Positions 58,906 through 64,000 of a DNA stretch of 64,000 nt are shown one piece after another. Origin of the DNA: Octopus vulgaris (Eukaryota). The number at the start of each line of letters is the position of its first letter. Position 1 is the stretch's first letter. The DNA lies in assembly GCA_951406725.2 (NCBI GenBank), contig OX597832.1, positions 31,186,001-31,250,000 of the forward strand. The letters run 5' to 3'. The translations under genes and the position numbers were made by a program. The notes under the pieces were generated by a model. The model saw nothing but the letters and a program-made list of their open reading frames with translations, was not told the origin of the DNA and made no database searches.

Positions 58906-58906
<1 letters not shown>
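58779..58906. repeat. Perfect 62-bp-arm palindrome folded at a hammerhead core
   Basis: Arms 58779-58840 and 58845-58906 with loop ATCA; the minus strand reads CTGATGA-ACG-GCAA-CGA-GAAA-CTC-A-GAG-TA^ACAG; the whole insert (58707-58906) sits between (TA)n tracts. Confidence 0.9.
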
Positions 58907-58973
<67 letters not shown>

Positions 58974-61334
58974 GTGTGTGTGTGTTCACATCTATATATA
59001 TATATATAGGTCTTTCTCTCTCTCTCTCTCTCTCACTCTCTCTCTCTCGTCTTTACTCTATTGCAATCGCCAATCATATCTCTCTCACGTCTCGCCTCAG
59101 ACGACAAAGACCCTTTTATATTCCAATCGATAGACAGGCGAAGATAAATAAATATCGATTTAACTGATCGAACCATATTACTGCTTTATATAAACTCTCG
59201 TCTAAAATCCGGTCGGATTATCCTTTTGTCATTCATCTCTCCAGGAAGGGACGCCGACGAAATGGATACCAGTCATATACTCGGGTATCTGTTCCAGTTT
59301 TCCACATCGTGCCCTCAGTATTTCATCTCCTTGTGGGTTTACATGCCACACCCAATATATTCATTCTCACCGCGCTCCCCCCCCCCCCCAAGATCTTCCA
59401 CGGTCTTCAGGGTCTCGATTCAATGGGTTGAATGAATAGGTCTGCTTTGTGACCAAGGGCTAACGACATCATCATCATCATCATCGTCACCCCTCACCTC
59501 ACCATCATCATCACCATCACCATCATCTTCATCACCACCACCAACCACCCCCACCGTCATCATAACCATCATCAACATAATCGACATCAGCAGCAGCACC
59601 ACCATCATCTTCATCAACACCACCACCACCATCATCATCATCACCATCATCATCATCGGCAGCAGCACTACCACCATCTCTACCACTTCCATCATCATCG
59701 TCGTCGTCGTCATCATCACCAACGCCATAATCATTTCCCCCTCCTCCTCCTCCTCATCATCATCATCATCAGTAGCAGCATAGTAATTCCTACTGATCGC
59801 TGATGGCTTTCAAAGCGATGGTGCCGTAGATTAGTCGGGGTCCAATAACTAAGACCAGTTCAAGGAACGAGGAATCTGAAAATAAGAATAAAAACCAAGA
59901 ACGGCGTAGCTTTTTCAGTTGGTCACGTGAGTAACTCATTCGACGACATCCCGTGACTCTAATCTTAATATATTCGCTTATCTACATTTTATGCTTTCTG
60001 ACTATCACTGACATAAAATGAAAGTCTGGTACGAATTTAATGCTTCACTTACTCGTCACCCCATCACACACAAACACACACGATTTTCCCGCCACAGCGA
60101 TCTTCAGGGGAAACGAGAAGAAAACATTGAACTTAATGGTGTAACACAGTTGGATAAACCGATTTTTATTAATAAGAACATTCCTGGCAACTGGTACGCA
60201 CGTATTAATTGCTGGTAGGGACGCCACATTTCGTTTACCGACCGCAAAACACCACCAAATATATTAAAGGATGGAAAGTCAATACTCTACCCCGCCTGTG
60301 TTAGCAGTGCGATTTAAGCAATGTGTTCGTGGATGGTCAATGGGTTGGATGTGGTGCTGAAGAAGGAGCAAGCACTCCCGAAACATGTATATACACCCAT
60401 TACTTATTTTTCTCTATCTTTTGATTGTATTGTCTACATAGACGTATTCCTATACAAAATGTTGTAACTTTCAGTCCTGGATCTAATTGCTTTAGAAAAT
60501 CTGTAGAGACAGCTTTAAAAAGTGATTTGATAGCACTGCTAACACAGGTAGCTCACAGTATTGGGCATATAAGGCCTTTAATATACTTGGTAGCATATTA
60601 TGATTGCGTTACGAAATACGGTGTTCATACCAGCAATCAACACACACACACACACACACACACACGTATGTGTGTATATATAGTTTTGTGCCTGAAGAAA
60701 CAAACACATGTATTAATGTTTCCCCTTAAAATCTATGGATTTTGCAAATTATATTTGCAATGTCTTATGGATGGAGAATCTGGCAACAAAAACCACGGGG
60801 TTTGTGGAAACGTACGTAGCAATGCATTAAAGAATTTATGAATTTCCATCCAAACGTTCTTGCTGTTACTGTACTCCTGCTACGCTACAGCGGTTCCAGA
60901 CGAATAAACATCTCATAAAAGAATTCTGGAGGATGAGAACAATAAGCGGAATAAACAGCAGAAGAGCTTTTTATGTGCGCACTCAAAAAGCGTTTCGCAT
61001 GAACGAACTTAAAGAAGATGTATATGTGTGTATGTATGTATGTATATATAAATATATTATAACATAAAAATACGCACACAAACACACAGAGACGCATAAA
61101 TTCCCGGTGATTATTTAAAAGTGTATTTCTTTACTCATAAATCAAGATTCAATTCAACTTATTGACCCCGGTGAATTGGTTTATGTAGTTCGATTTATAC
61201 TCTATCGATCTGTATTCCTGGAATGATTGAGTTTTACCTTTTTTGCGTAAAAGACGGAAATGTGTGTGCGCACGCATGTCTCCCTATACACACACACACA
61301 AACACATACACCTTTTATATATGTATATGCACAC

Positions 61335-61687
<353 letters not shown>

Positions 61688-62049
61688 ACCCATTACTCTA
61701 AGTACTGTCAGTGTATGTGAATATACCCAAGTATAGTACATTTATTCCTGAAAGATCATTACACCCAAGTATAGTACATTTATATATGCATATATATACT
61801 TACATATATACATACATATACATGTGCACATAGATAAATATATATGTATATACTTACATATGCATACATACATATACATGCATATATGCATATATGTGTG
61901 TGTGTATCAGACGACAGAGAAGTTGATAGAGAAAAAGAGAGATGGGGGAGGTGTGAGGGAGTAGAAAGTGGCCAATCGCTTATTACAAATAGATGCAAAC
62001 TAAAAGGTGGCATAACTTTATTATTGTAGTAGTAGTAGTAGTAGTAGTG

Positions 62050-62101
<52 letters not shown>

Positions 62102-62973
62102 CAGTAGTAGCAGCAGCAGCAGCAGTAGTAGTAGTAGTGGCTGCATGCATTATGAATATGGATTTTATTAACCTATTTCTTCCTCTGCTGAATCGTGGTT
62201 GATGTCGGTACTTAAACACCTTCTCACTGCGGCCATTGTTATTCTAGCGTAATAGGCGTTGCTGTTGTTGTTGTTGCTCTTGTACCTTTTGGTGCTCAGG
62301 GCGGGCCATTGCCCGAATTTACTTGTTGTTTGTTTCTCTTTTTGCTGTTTTGTTTTTGTTCTTCTCGTCATTGTCTTTTTCTTTTGTTATTGTTTTTGAT
62401 CCAGCTTTGGAATTACTGCTGCTGCTGCGGCTACTGCTGCTGCCGGTGTTGCTCTTAGTGGTCTGGCACCGACTGCTTTTTCAGTTACCTTACTTGTTGC
62501 TATTGTTGCTGTTGTTGCATTTGTTGTTGCTACTGCTACTGCTGCTGCTGCTGTTGTTGTTGTTAGTGGTCTGCCACTACAAATTGTTGTTGTTGGTGGT
62601 GGTGATGGTGGTGCAATAATTGCTACAAAAGCTGATGAATATAAATTAACCTGCACATGACCCCCCTTCCCCTCTAAACCTCCCGTAACACACCCTCCAC
62701 CACCCCGCCCCATTATTACATAAATTACGAATGCCCAAACAAATGATTTGCTGACCAAGGTCACACCTATCGCATCACGATAAACATCCGAGAATAAAAG
62801 TAACAGCAGTTGTGGTAGTGGTGGTCGGTTCAGAGAATCATGCAGTTGTCACATTAAGCTCTTCATTCTGAATCGGCTATCAGTCGACGTAGTAATTCAT
62901 TATAAAAATCAATTACAAAAACACACCTTCAGATCTCACCCCCATGAAATTTATGCTTTGTGTATATACATAC

Positions 62974-63019
<46 letters not shown>

Positions 63020-63046
63020 ATGTATATACATATATTACATACATAC

Positions 63047-63079
<33 letters not shown>

Positions 63080-63419
63080 CATACATACATATATGTGTGC
63101 GTGTGTATAGGTCTTTTGGCCCAAACAGGAAAAATAAAGCTCAAAATATGAGCATATGTATATTTTTTACTTATATTTCGCAGAGGCAACAGAGTGGATC
63201 AAAGACCGACATTTTCGAGCTTTAGTTTTGGTTAGTGCCAACACACGAAACTCTCGACCATCGAGTCACTCTGAACATATATACTCATATTTTGAGTTTT
63301 ATTTTCCTATTTGGATCGGCACACACACACACACACACACACATGATGGTCTTACATCTACAACAATAACAACAACAATAATATCAATAATGTTAAATGT
63401 TTTGTAAGGAAAAGTTTAA

Positions 63420-63900
63420 TCAATGAGTCGAAGAGGAGAGAACAAGATTTGTTAATGGGAATGTGTGGTTAATTTGAAAGGGATACACAGAATATGAAGG
63501 ATAAAAAAGCATGGCGGATGTGTCTCAAGCGAAGCAGTTTGAAGCGTATCACTGGAGGCGTTATTATTGCAGCAGAAGACCGACCAAAGTTCTTGCGATC
63601 AATTTGGTGAAGAATAGCATCTACAGATCTTCTGACACCCAGAAATACAAAATCTGAGAAAAGAATATTGAGAATGTAACCCGTTTGGTGAGTGGGTGTG
63701 AGAGCCTTGCACAAACGGAATACAAAGGCTGCTGTGATAAAGTCTGTTTGTATCTAAATTGGCTTTTATGCTTTAAATACCAATACGAAGTAAGAGAGAA
63801 TTGGTCCGAGCATGTGCCTAGTAAATAAAGTATTACAAAGGAATGGGAAAGCAACGTTATTCTGGGATTGAGATTTTCTGGCAGAGAGAATAATTGAGCA
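63420..63900 (+). mobile_element. R4/Dong-type LINE fragment (CCHC region)
   Basis: Translation LKRITGGVIIAA..., ENVTRLVSGCESLAQTEYK...DKVCLYLNWLLCFKY...NWSEHVP...TLFWD. Confidence 0.8.
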
Positions 63901-64000
63901 TCGTTGACGTGATTTGATTGAATAAGGAAGACAAATACAATTAAATCATTGACGAAGCCATACCAAATGAGAGTGAGAGTGAAGGAGGTTGGAAAAATAG

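Overview
Eukaryotic, AT-rich, microsatellite-saturated DNA. The density of (TA)n, (TG)n, (TGTA)n and (TAA)n tracts and the tRNA-derived SINE families suggest an octopus or other coleoid cephalopod (inference; no database check). Almost all ORFs in the supplied track are microsatellite artefacts. The one convincing protein-coding gene is an intronless 369-aa ORF (31808-32917, +). It has an EB1/MAPRE-type calponin-homology domain, a divergent basic Ser-rich C-terminal half, a CRE/ETS-rich upstream region and a downstream AATAAA. The rest is transposable-element debris: tRNA-SINEs, R4/Dong-type LINE fragments, L1/Tx1-like and RTE fragments, a Penelope-like RT/GIY-YIG element interrupted by a non-autonomous Helitron, an internally deleted mariner and Tc1/pogo-type MITEs. 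Three signals stand out. (1) About ten type-I hammerhead-ribozyme-like motifs from several unrelated families lie mostly in short (TA)n-flanked or fold-back inserts; one looks intact. (2) A pure 2.15-kb array alternates (TAT)n and (CAT)n blocks. (3) The EB1-like gene is a probable retrogene. TE boundaries were read by eye and are approximate unless termini are quoted.
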